Source: a virus
Strand: one strand, 5' to 3'
Virus record (IMG/VR): IMGVR_UViG_3300036768_001340
Span: 4,246 to 68,245 of that record
DNA: 64,000 nucleotides
This document shows positions 53,748 through 61,764 of the stretch, one piece after another (positions within the stretch are counted from its first letter, which is position 1; the number at the start of each line of letters is the position of its first letter). Under the pieces are notes generated by a model. It saw only the letters and a list, made by a program, of their open reading frames with translations, did no database searches and had not been told where the DNA came from. A program made the translations under genes and the position numbers.

Positions 53748-53995
53748 AATTTTAATTCTATTTTTCCTATGAACCCAATACTACTAATATTTATAGTATA
53801 TCAAATATAATTATTAGAATATATAATTCCAAAATATTTAGTATTATTTTTTACTACTAATATTTATAGTATATCAAATATAATTATTAGAATATATTAT
53901 TACCCAATAATTAATTGGGGCCTTAAAGGTATATACTATAAATAATTTATAGTATATCATTTAAGGTAAATAGAATATATTATTACCCAATAATA
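53748..53995. repeat. AT-rich island with a 46-bp direct repeat and a 13-bp inverted repeat
   Basis: Direct repeat 53779-53824 = 53852-53897; ATATACTATAAAT-A-ATTTATAGTATAT at 53931-53957. Confidence 0.9.
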
Positions 53996-54097
53996 GGGAG
54001 GCGTCCGAGGCTCGACCTCCGCTTGGGTTGGTAGGCACGGTACCCGCACCCGTGGTGGGTACGGGGCCGGTCCTGCCAACAGAAGAAGGAGAGCCAG

Positions 54098-54613
54098 ATG
54101 TCGAACGTCCCTGCGTACCTCACCCTCGTCGCCCGCATCCTCGAGACCGCCGAGTCCCTCGGGTTGACCGTCGCCCGGGACCCGGGCACGGCCTCGACCC
54201 TCCCCGAGAACAAGGGGTTCGTCTTCGTGCGGGTCAACGGTGGCAACGCCGCCCTGATCGTCCCGAAGCACGCGGATCGGGTCAAGTGGGCCGACAGCCA
54301 CCTCGATTGGACGGGGAGGGAGGGGTACCTCCCGCTGCCGCGCCCGAACGGGGCGGTGGTCTGCCGGATCGACCCGGAGCGGGTCGACCTCGAAGCCTTC
54401 CTCCAGGCGCTGGGCGGCGCCAGCAAGCGTGCCTCCAAGCGCGCCTCCCGGGACGCCTCCCAGGACGCCTCCCAGGAGTCCCTCGACGCCCTCAAGGCCA
54501 AGCTCCTGGCGCTCGGGCAGCCGAAGGCCCAGCCCGCCTCCCAGGAGTCCTTTGAGGAGATCGTCCGCCCGACGGATGAGGACCTCCCGGACGGGTTCTT
54601 CGAGCAGGCCTGA
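54098..54613 (+). CDS. Hypothetical protein
   Basis: AAGGAGAG RBS; strong GC3 codon bias. Confidence 0.75.
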   Translation: MSNVPAYLTLVARILETAESLGLTVARDPGTASTLPENKGFVFVRVNGGNAALIVPKHADRVKWADSHLDWTGREGYLPLPRPNGAVVCRIDPERVDLEAFLQALGGASKRASKRASRDASQDASQESLDALKAKLLALGQPKAQPASQESFEEIVRPTDEDLPDGFFEQA

Positions 54614-54694
54614 GCGGCCGCCTCGCGGGGCCCGACCGGTCTGAGGAGGCGACGCCTCGTGGCCCGCCCCTTGTCCGCCCGGGTCCCCGACCCA

Positions 54695-54749
54695 TCGACC
54701 GTCTCCGGAGAGACCTTGGTCCCGGGTTCGACTCCCGGGCGGTCGACCG
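54695..54749 (+). ncRNA. Anticodon-less tRNA-like element 1
   Basis: TCGACCG/CGGTCGA helix stacked on CCCGGG-TTCGACT-CCCGGG; only one small hairpin between them. Confidence 0.6.
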
Positions 54750-54784
54750 CCGCCGTGATGTGCGGCAGGAAAGGAGAGAGCGCG

Positions 54785-54943
54785 ATGAAGAGCTTCGTGA
54801 TCGTCCACCAGAACGATGCCCGGGTCGTCGGGCCGTTCGCCTCCGCCGAGGCCGCCGAGGACTGGGCCCGGCGGACCCCAAACGTCCTCTTCGGCTCCGA
54901 GGAGGAGCTGGAGCACGTCTCTGAGCTGGAGGGAGTCCGATGA
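54785..54943 (+). CDS. Small hypothetical protein
   Basis: GAAAGGAGAG RBS; VVGPFASAEAAEDWA motif. Confidence 0.7.
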   Translation: MKSFVIVHQNDARVVGPFASAEAAEDWARRTPNVLFGSEEELEHVSELEGVR

Positions 54944-55095
54944 GCTGGTACTGGTTCTACGCCCTGGTGATCGCCCTGAGCCTGGCCGGGGCCTTCCAGG
55001 CGATCCTGCTCATCCTCTACGGCGTCTACCTCCTCCTCCGGCTGCCGTTCGAGCTCTGGGCGATCGACCGGGAGCTCAAGCGGAACAACGACTGA
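54940..55095 (+). CDS. Small membrane protein (51 aa)
   Basis: Hand-translated MSWYWFYALVIALSLAGAFQAILLILYGVYLLL...; ATGA coupling. Confidence 0.6.
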   Translation: MSWYWFYALVIALSLAGAFQAILLILYGVYLLLRLPFELWAIDRELKRNND

Positions 55096-55108
55096 GGAGG
55101 GAGACGCC

Positions 55109-55186
55109 ATGGCGACCGTGCTTGGGATCCTCCTGCTCGGGCTGGCCCTGGTCGGCTGGACCGCCGACCGGCTCGAGCGTGACTGA
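55109..55186 (+). CDS. 25-aa single-TM peptide
   Basis: GAGGAGGGAG RBS; MATVLGILLLGLALVGWTADRLERD. Confidence 0.45.
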   Translation: MATVLGILLLGLALVGWTADRLERD

Positions 55187-55270
55187 CCGGGGCTCGTCCG
55201 TGACCGGATGTCCGCGGCAAGACCGCGGGCACCCGCTGGCGGGACGAGCCCGTCAAGAAAGGAACGAACC

Positions 55271-55771
55271 GTGTTGATCACAGCCAAGCAATTCCGTCTG
55301 TGGGGTGGAGTTGACCTGCCGGAGATGGCCCCGGCCACGCTGGCGGCCCGCCAGGACATCCCGCTCAGCGACCGCGTGTGGTTCCTCGTCCATACGCTCT
55401 GGCACCTGGACGAGGACGCCACCCGCCGGTATGCCCGAGAGACGGCGCTCGCCGTCGCCCGGCTGATGGACGACGACGTCTGGACCTCCATGGTCCAGGA
55501 GGCGTGCGCGGACATCCCGTCCGCGGCATCCGCCTGGGCCGCGGTGATGGTCACCGCGGACGCGAGCGCCATCCTGACCGCGGCCGCCGTCATCCCGGGC
55601 GACCTCCACGCGTACGGCTGCGCCCTGGAGGAGGCCATCGCCCAGGCCCGGCCGCCCGGGACGGAGACCGTGCACTCCTCGGCCGAGGACCCCGTGTACG
55701 TCGTCGCCCTGGAGCGGGCGCTCCGCCGGGCGCTCACGCTCCTCGACGCCGTCGAGACCGCCCGGTCCTGA
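55271..55771 (+). CDS. Ala-rich helical protein, paralogue of 57985-58608
   Basis: GAAAGGA RBS; DIPLSDRVWFLVHTLWHLDE...ETALAVARL. Confidence 0.7.
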   Translation: MLITAKQFRLWGGVDLPEMAPATLAARQDIPLSDRVWFLVHTLWHLDEDATRRYARETALAVARLMDDDVWTSMVQEACADIPSAASAWAAVMVTADASAILTAAAVIPGDLHAYGCALEEAIAQARPPGTETVHSSAEDPVYVVALERALRRALTLLDAVETARS

Positions 55772-56274
55772 AGAGAGGGCGGGCCTGGGGCATCCGGCCA
55801 AGGCGCAGATCAAGTCCGAGGCGCAACCGTGACCCGCCGGGCCCCTCCCTCAGAAGCCATGGGGGGACGAGGAGAGAGAGAGGACGGCGTGGCGGACGTC
55901 GGAGTCGTGCCCAAGGCTCGGAGCGCAGCCGGGGCGGGACGCGGCCTGAGGTGCCGGGCACCCTCGACGGCGAAGATCATGACCCCGACCCACCGGGCCG
56001 ACCCCAGAAGAGAGGGGGCCTCCCCCGACCTGCGGTATGCTGGCGCAGCTCGGGGCGCAACCCGCCCCCGGACACCTCTGGCGATGAGTCGGGCGCCCGG
56101 CCATGGTCTCGCCATGACCCGCCGGGCCAACCCTCCTCAGAGGACAGGGCTGAAGAGAGAGGGTGTGAGACGGCCCTGAAGAGAGGGAGGGAGCCTTTCC
56201 GTCCCCCGCCCCGTCGGGCCCCGTGGTATGATGGCCGGAGGCCCGCCCCCGAGGCGCAAGGCGCGGGTCACGGA

Positions 56275-56485
56275 GGAGACACGGCTCAAGACACGGGCCA
56301 AGGCGTAGCTCGAGACACGTCCGAGGCACGGCTCGAGACGCAGCTTAAGGCGCAGTTGAGGTACAGGCCAAGATACGGGTCATGGCGTCGCTCGAGACAC
56401 GTCCGAGACACGCAGCTTAAGGCACAGTTGAGGCACGGGTTGAGGGTACGTCCGAGGTGCGAGTTGAGGCACGATTCGAGGGCGC
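56275..56485. repeat. Degenerate ~11-12-bp array with core (C/T)RAGRCRC
   Basis: Repeated GAGACAC/AAGACAC/GAGGCAC/AAGGCAC/AAGGCGC units; resembles the 53.5-kb array core. Confidence 0.7.
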
Positions 56486-56894
56486 GGACGTTGCCAAAAA
56501 AGTCATAGATTCCAGGCGCTTGCGCCTTCCCTTCAAGGGCGGTTGCCGGAAACCTCAGGTGCCTAAGACTCCTGGGGTTTCCGGGAGTCGCTCCGTCGAT
56601 TCCCCGGGGCCATGGTGGTCCCCGGCTCGGTCCCGCCGTGCCTCCCGCGCGCGCGTGGACAGGAGGATCCTCCGATGTCGCAACCGTCCCGTCTCCGGCC
56701 GGCGGGCCGCCGCCCCGTCCAGGCACGACAGTCCATCGACCTGAACCTGGCCGAACGCGGCCGAGGCGGCGATCGCCTCCGGACGAGGCCGGGCGCCCGC
56801 CGAGTTGCTGGCGAGGGTTAGGGCCAGCGCGTCCGCGATGGATGAGATGGTTTCCTCCGTCGCGGGGTCCCTCAGGTACCAACGAAAGGAGCCG

Positions 56895-57224
56895 ATGATG
56901 ACAGCCGAGATGGTGCCCGCCACGTTGACCGTCCCGGACGGCCGCCGGATCGACCGCCTGCTGGCGGCGGCCGGCCTCCGTTCCTCGCCGGTCGGTCCCC
57001 GTTACGACCCGTATATGTGCGAGACCGCCGACTTCGCCGTCACCGCCGCCCTGGCCCGCCTCCTCATGCGGAAGGGCCTCCTCCGGGACGGCCAGGAGGT
57101 CCGGGTCGTCGGCCCCCAGCACGTCACCTCCTACTTCATCACCGTCGCCCGGGCGTGGGAGTCCGCCCGGTACCGGGCGGGCCACGGCGCCCGCCGCTGG
57201 ACGATCCGTCGCATCACCCTGTGA
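56895..57224 (+). CDS. Hypothetical protein
   Basis: GAAAGGAG RBS; GC3 bias. Confidence 0.7.
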   Translation: MMTAEMVPATLTVPDGRRIDRLLAAAGLRSSPVGPRYDPYMCETADFAVTAALARLLMRKGLLRDGQEVRVVGPQHVTSYFITVARAWESARYRAGHGARRWTIRRITL

Positions 57225-57262
57225 TCGGCCGGGCCCCAGGCCCGGCGGAAAGGAGAGAGAGC

Positions 57263-57697
57263 ATGACCGAGAGCATGGATGAGGATGTCACCGAGCTCGC
57301 CGCGGCGGTCGAACGCTGCCTCGGCCGGACGATCGCCGAGGCCACCCTCGGGTACCATCCGGGGGAGCCCCCGGGGCAGTCGCTCCGGCTGCTGTTCGAG
57401 GGCGGCGGCGAGCTTCACCTCTACGACGAGCTGCGGCTCTGCTGCGAGTCCCGGTTCATGACCTGCGACGACGACCTCCCCTCGATCCGAGGGGGCCGGC
57501 TGGTCGGGGTCTCCGTCCGCGACGGAGGAAGCCGGGCCGAGGAGGACGACCTGTACGAGGACGTCCGGTTCCTCGTCGTCAGGACGACCCGAGGAGACGT
57601 CACCGTGGCGACCCACAACCGCCACAACGGGTACTACGGCGGGTTCGAGCTCCGGGCCCGGGCCGTCCTCCCGTCCGCCGAAGGAGGGCGACGATGA
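57263..57697 (+). CDS. Conserved phage hypothetical protein (CCE...HNGYYGG type)
   Basis: GAAAGGAGAG RBS; LCCESRFM.CDDDL and HN.HNGYYGGF motifs. Confidence 0.75.
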   Translation: MTESMDEDVTELAAAVERCLGRTIAEATLGYHPGEPPGQSLRLLFEGGGELHLYDELRLCCESRFMTCDDDLPSIRGGRLVGVSVRDGGSRAEEDDLYEDVRFLVVRTTRGDVTVATHNRHNGYYGGFELRARAVLPSAEGGRR

Positions 57698-57888
57698 AGA
57701 CGATGGACGTCCGCGAGCAGGGGTCCATCGCCCTGCTCTGCGAGCAGGCGGACCGGTCGCTCCGCGGTTGGTGGCTCGAGCTGGAGAGGGTCCTCCGCCC
57801 GGAGATCATGACGGACCTCCGCGTCGTCCTCGACGCCCTCCAGGAGATCGAGGCGATCGTCGTCCGGCCGGAGGATCCGGCTCGCTGA
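57694..57888 (+). CDS. Small hypothetical protein
   Basis: AAGGAGG RBS; ATGA coupling. Confidence 0.65.
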   Translation: MKTMDVREQGSIALLCEQADRSLRGWWLELERVLRPEIMTDLRVVLDALQEIEAIVVRPEDPAR

Positions 57889-57984
57889 CCGGCCGCCCGC
57901 GCCGTCCCCGTCGATCCGGGACCGGGAGGTTGACGACCTCCCCGGCGCCCCACGTCCCGCCTCGGGACGGAAAGGAGAGAGAGC

Positions 57985-58608
57985 ATGATCACGCCCAAGC
58001 TGCTTCGTTCGTGGAACGCCGACGCCCGGCTCGTCCAGGCCCTCGGCGCCGAGGAGCTGTCGCCCCGGGAGCTGGTGACCCGGGAGGACATCTCCATCAA
58101 CGACCGCCTGTGGGTCATCGGCCGGACGCTCGTGCACCTCGATGAGCGGGCGGCCGGGTCGTTCGCGGTCGAGACGGCCCTCACGGTCGCCCGCCTCGCC
58201 TGCGACGTCGAGGACGAGGCGCTCTTCCGCGGCCTGATGAACGACCTGCTGGCCACGGAGGAACCGGTCGACGCCCGGAACGTCGCCTGGGCCGACGTCG
58301 CCTGGGATGTTGCCTTGGACGTTTCCCGAAGCACCGCGGCGCTCGCCGCCTGGGCCGCGGCGTGTTCCGCCGCCCAGGCCGTCGCCTGGGCCACCCGGCG
58401 GGACTTTGCCCGGAACGTCGTCGCCCGGCACGTCGTGACGAACGCCGTCTGCGACGTCGTCTGGGACGCCGCTCGGGCCGTCGCCTGGGCGGCCAGCGAC
58501 GGGACCGTCGCCTGGAACGTCCCGTGGAACTCCGCGTGGCTCGCCGAGGTCCGGCTCTCGCTCTCCCGGGCGCTGGAGTGGCTCGGCGACTGGGCCGACG
58601 GGTGGTAA
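57985..58608 (+). CDS. Ala/Trp-rich helical protein, paralogue of 55271-55771
   Basis: DISINDRLWVIGRTLVHLDE...ETALTVARL followed by AW repeats. Confidence 0.75.
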   Translation: MITPKLLRSWNADARLVQALGAEELSPRELVTREDISINDRLWVIGRTLVHLDERAAGSFAVETALTVARLACDVEDEALFRGLMNDLLATEEPVDARNVAWADVAWDVALDVSRSTAALAAWAAACSAAQAVAWATRRDFARNVVARHVVTNAVCDVVWDAARAVAWAASDGTVAWNVPWNSAWLAEVRLSLSRALEWLGDWADGW

Positions 58609-58635
58609 CGCTGAGATCAACCGGAGGATTGGACG

Positions 58636-58956
58636 ATGACGACATGGCTCATGAACTCTGCGGTCATTCCCGAGGGCTGTCACGGCTCGTACACGTTCGA
58701 GCCGGCGACCGTCGACGAGCTCAAGCGGATCGTCCGGCACGCCGAGTCGCGGATCGGCTACGAGGCGACGGCCGCGCAGATCGAGCGGTGGACCGGGTAC
58801 CGGCCCGAGGTCCGCCGCGACTCGTGCACGCTCGCGGTCGGCGACGTGGCCTACGTCGTCCGACTCCGCTATCGGATCCAAGATCCGAGGAAGAAGCACT
58901 TCCAACGGCCCGCCGAGTCTCAGTTCGAGATCGGCAAGCTGACGAGGGTTGCGTGA
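58636..58956 (+). CDS. DUF1874 (STIV B116/YddF, AcrIII-1 ring-nuclease) family protein
   Basis: LMNSAVIP..G.Y....T.DE....SRIGYEATA.....G....VRR....L..GD.A.V.RL..R; GGAGG RBS. Confidence 0.7.
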   Translation: MTTWLMNSAVIPEGCHGSYTFEPATVDELKRIVRHAESRIGYEATAAQIERWTGYRPEVRRDSCTLAVGDVAYVVRLRYRIQDPRKKHFQRPAESQFEIGKLTRVA

Positions 58957-59016
58957 CGCTCGCCGCGTCGATCCCATGCCGGGAGGGCTGACCTCCCAAG
59001 GAAGGAAGGAATCAAG

Positions 59017-59199
59017 ATGAGGATGATCGTGTTGACGTTGCTGGCCGGCTGCCTCGACCGCCGGGTCGAGCTGCCGACATGCGAGGAGCTCGGGTGCGAT
59101 GGCACCCCCGAGCGGCCCGCCGAGGACGACGGACCGCCCGTGGACGGAGCGTGCTTCTGCCCGGCCCCTGCCGGGTCGGACGGGAGGTGTGTGCCATGA
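59017..59199 (+). CDS. Small Cys-rich lipoprotein
   Basis: LLAGC lipobox; additional Cys residues. Confidence 0.7.
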   Translation: MRMIVLTLLAGCLDRRVELPTCEELGCDGTPERPAEDDGPPVDGACFCPAPAGSDGRCVP

Positions 59200-59666
59200 C
59201 CCGGCTTGCCCTCCTCGCCCTGGCCCTCTCGGGATGCGTTGTGGATCCGGAGCCGTGGGGCCGGACCGCCCTGACGGTCCACGGGGACGTCGAGTTCGTG
59301 TCCGCGGCCATCGAGGCCGCCTTCGTCTGGGACGCGGCGCTCTACGACCGCTGCGGCCAGGTGTTCTGGATCGTAGAGGACGGCGGTCGTCCGGTCCGAC
59401 AGTACTCCGTCGAGCGGTGGAAGGAGGATGGGTACGAGGGGAAGTATATGGGCTGGTTCGACGGAGACGAGGTCGCCGTCCGTGACACCGACTTCCGGGC
59501 CGAACGGCAGATCGTGGTCCACGAGCTGGGCCACGCCCTCGGCCTGGGCCACGTGAGTCGGGCCGACGACCCCAGGAGCGTGATGTTCGAGGTGGCGGCC
59601 GCGCAGTTCTACATCCCGACGGCCGGTGACGTGGAGCGGGCGGCGGCGGCCCTCGGGTGCCCCTAG
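59196..59666 (+). CDS. Matrixin/M10-like zinc metalloprotease lipoprotein
   Basis: ALSGC lipobox; HELGHALGLGH; SVM Met-turn. Confidence 0.85.
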   Translation: MTRLALLALALSGCVVDPEPWGRTALTVHGDVEFVSAAIEAAFVWDAALYDRCGQVFWIVEDGGRPVRQYSVERWKEDGYEGKYMGWFDGDEVAVRDTDFRAERQIVVHELGHALGLGHVSRADDPRSVMFEVAAAQFYIPTAGDVERAAAALGCP

Positions 59667-59696
59667 AGGGCGCCGGCCTAAGCAGCGGATTTCAAG

Positions 59697-59762
59697 GTTT
59701 TTATAGTATATCTAAATTATTATTTAGAATATATTATAATTTTATAATAACCAAAGGCCTTA
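59697..59762. promoter_or_regulatory. Second AT-rich island sharing motifs with the 53.8-kb island
   Basis: TTTATAGTATATC (59700-59712) and TTAGAATATATTA recur from 53790-53900; contains TATAAT. Confidence 0.65.
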
Positions 59763-59858
59763 AGGGAGACCAGCGTGCGCTGTCATCAGAGGACATGGCG
59801 CTTGGGTTTCCGGGGATTCGTTCCCCCACTCGTGCCCTGGAATCTTCCGGGGCGTGAT

Positions 59859-59927
59859 GCCACCGAGCACGCACGGGAGCGAGCCGGACGATGACCCGCG
59901 CGGGTTCAAGCCCCGCCGGTGGCGCCA
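59859..59927 (+). ncRNA. Degenerate tRNA-like element 2 with encoded CCA
   Basis: GCCACCG/CGGTGGC acceptor, G discriminator, CCA; GCGGG-TTCAAGC-CCCGC; D and anticodon arms reduced. Confidence 0.65.
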
Positions 59928-59959
59928 GCGGCGACGACGCCGCGAAGGAGGATACTGGA

Positions 59960-60220
59960 ATGAACGAGAGGTTTGTCATCCCCAGCGACACCCGGGCAGC
60001 CTACGACCTGCTCGACCTGTTCGAGCGGACGGTCGTCCGCGATCAGGACCTGATGTGTGAGGCGGCGCTGCTCTACCTTGCCTTCGCCCTCGTCCACACG
60101 GACAACCTCGGGCGGAACGTCGCCGCGGCGAAGGACCTCCTCGACAGGTTCATCGACGTGCTCGCCGTCGAGCACGCCGACTGCCTCAAGGACATCAAGA
60201 AGGAGGTGATGGCGTCGTGA
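59960..60220 (+). CDS. Hypothetical protein
   Basis: AAGGAGG RBS. Confidence 0.7.
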   Translation: MNERFVIPSDTRAAYDLLDLFERTVVRDQDLMCEAALLYLAFALVHTDNLGRNVAAAKDLLDRFIDVLAVEHADCLKDIKKEVMAS

Positions 60221-60510
60221 CCTGGGACGGGACGCACGAGGACGCCATGCATCGGTGTGGGTTCTTGTCGGAGGACGACGACTACTGCTACCGGCGGACC
60301 GTGCTTCGGTACCCCGGGGGCTCGCCCGAGAACGGACCTGCCCGGGAGTGCTGTCCGCTGGGACATGCCACCTGTTACTCGTGCGGCGCCTGGTTCCAGG
60401 CGCTCACCCGGACGGAGGCATGGACCGACGAGGAGACCGGGATCGAGATCCCGGAGTCCATCCACGAGTCCGAGTGGTGCCCGGGCTGCGACCGGATCCG
60501 TCGCGACTAG
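60217..60510 (+). CDS. Cys-rich zinc-finger-like protein
   Basis: CYSC, CPGC and other Cys; GTGA coupling. Confidence 0.65.
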   Translation: MTWDGTHEDAMHRCGFLSEDDDYCYRRTVLRYPGGSPENGPARECCPLGHATCYSCGAWFQALTRTEAWTDEETGIEIPESIHESEWCPGCDRIRRD

Positions 60511-60524
60511 GACGCGACGGATCC

Positions 60525-60591
60525 GCGACCGTCGTCTAACGGAAAGACCCGCCTCCGCGGATCCCGGGTCCGACTCCCGGGCGGTCGCCCA
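60525..60591 (+). ncRNA. Anticodon-truncated tRNA-like element 3 ending in CCA
   Basis: GCGACCG/CGGTCGC; D-arm GTCT-AACGGAA-AGAC; CCGC-CTCC-GCGG mini-hairpin in place of the anticodon arm; CCCGGG-TCCGACT-CCCGGG. Confidence 0.7.
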
Positions 60592-60630
60592 TCGCCGCAC
60601 GGTGCGGCGGTATGATGAAAGGAGAGAACG

Positions 60631-60903
60631 ATGCCGACGACGTATTTCATCTCGCAGGACGAGTACGACGACTTCATGTCCGAGCCGGACACGGAGCCGT
60701 TCGTCCGGCTCGACGTCGTCCAGCGGGAGCTGGACAGCGCCGAGTCGCTGGTGGCCCAGCTCATCGGTCACGCCCGGACGCTCGGGTACAACGTCGAGCC
60801 GCCGAAGAACTGGATGGAACGCCTCGAGCGTGAGCTCGACGGCGCGGTCATCGAGGTCGACGGCGTGGCGTCCGTCCTCGCCGAGCGGTCCATCCGTCGA
60901 TGA
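60631..60903 (+). CDS. Acidic hypothetical protein
   Basis: GAAAGGAGAG RBS. Confidence 0.7.
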   Translation: MPTTYFISQDEYDDFMSEPDTEPFVRLDVVQRELDSAESLVAQLIGHARTLGYNVEPPKNWMERLERELDGAVIEVDGVASVLAERSIRR

Positions 60904-61012
60904 CGGAACACTCTGAGCTGTGATCCACCCCTCGTAGAGGGGTGAAGGCCTTGCGACGGTCGGCCAAGGAGCTCAGAGGAACCTGGGCGTCTTGGCGGCC
61001 CATGGAGGTAAG

Positions 61013-61327
61013 ATGAGCGAATGCACGATCTGCAAGAGACTGTGGCCTGACTGCGGGCACCTCGATGGGATGCCTGCAGCGGCCAAACCGACCGAGGAGG
61101 ACCTCTCCCAGTACGAGGAGGACATGGCCTACCGCGGCCGAGGTCGGCCGCGGCTTCCCCCGGAGATGAAGCGGCGGGAGAAGCTCGTGATCGCCCTCAC
61201 CAAGAAGGAGCTGCAGGACATGATACGGGCGGCGGTCGACGCTGACGGCGGGCCGCTCCGGCTCCAGGACTGGGCCCGGCGGGTGCTGTTCGCCGCCGCC
61301 GAGGCGAAGAAGGAGTCGTCGCCGTGA
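61013..61327 (+). CDS. Putative DNA-binding protein (AT-hook-like GRPR plus ribbon-helix-helix-like)
   Basis: RGRGRPRLPPEMKR..KLVIALT..E......A.....LQDWAR; GGAGG RBS. Confidence 0.6.
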   Translation: MSECTICKRLWPDCGHLDGMPAAAKPTEEDLSQYEEDMAYRGRGRPRLPPEMKRREKLVIALTKKELQDMIRAAVDADGGPLRLQDWARRVLFAAAEAKKESSP

Positions 61328-61398
61328 GCGAGGCCATCGACGTCAAAGGCAACCGTCTTGCAGCCTGCCGTGACCTGAAAGGAAAGGAAGGAAAGGCA

Positions 61399-61755
61399 AT
61401 GGAGACAACGATCGTCAATTGCACCCCACACCCCCTCACCGTCTTCAACGCCGACGGGGGGACCACGATCATCCCGCCCTCGGGGATCGTCCCAAGGGTC
61501 AAGGAGTTGCTTCTCGGCCTCGATGAGGCGGTTTCGGTACCGTCGGTCGGACGGGTCGATCTCTCCTTCATCACCACGGGTGAGATCGCGGGCCTCCCGC
61601 CCAAGGACGGCAGGATGTATGTCTGTCCACGGGCGGTGGCCGAAGCAGCCGTCCGTCTCGGACGGGACGACGTGTGGTTTCCGAGCGATTTTGTCCGGGA
61701 CGGATGCGGTCGGGTGCTCGGCTACTATGGATTCGCGAGGTTCCTTTCGATCTAG
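61399..61755 (+). CDS. Conserved phage hypothetical protein (NxTPH type)
   Basis: IVNCTPHPLTV..IPPSG..PRV..GLPP..Y.....VA....RDDV..P...VRD..GRVLG. Confidence 0.75.
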   Translation: METTIVNCTPHPLTVFNADGGTTIIPPSGIVPRVKELLLGLDEAVSVPSVGRVDLSFITTGEIAGLPPKDGRMYVCPRAVAEAAVRLGRDDVWFPSDFVRDGCGRVLGYYGFARFLSI

Positions 61756-61764
61756 GAGGATCTG

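Noticed and set aside
53921-53966. Protelomerase (hairpin telomere) target
   Set aside because: The inverted repeat has a 1-nt spacer rather than a perfect palindrome centre, and no protelomerase gene is in view; kept only as a generic binding site.
56675-56898. Possible frameshifted gene (AGGAGG-ATG MSQPSRL..., continuing in another frame as ..AEAAIASG..LLARVRAS..)
   Set aside because: No recognisable family or slippery site; cannot be told apart from chance open frames.
53957-58977. Long minus-strand ORFs (584, 447, 319, 299 aa) and 55378-56508 on the plus strand
   Set aside because: Arg/Pro/Gly-rich shadow frames of high-GC DNA, overlapping well-supported plus-strand genes with strong RBSs.
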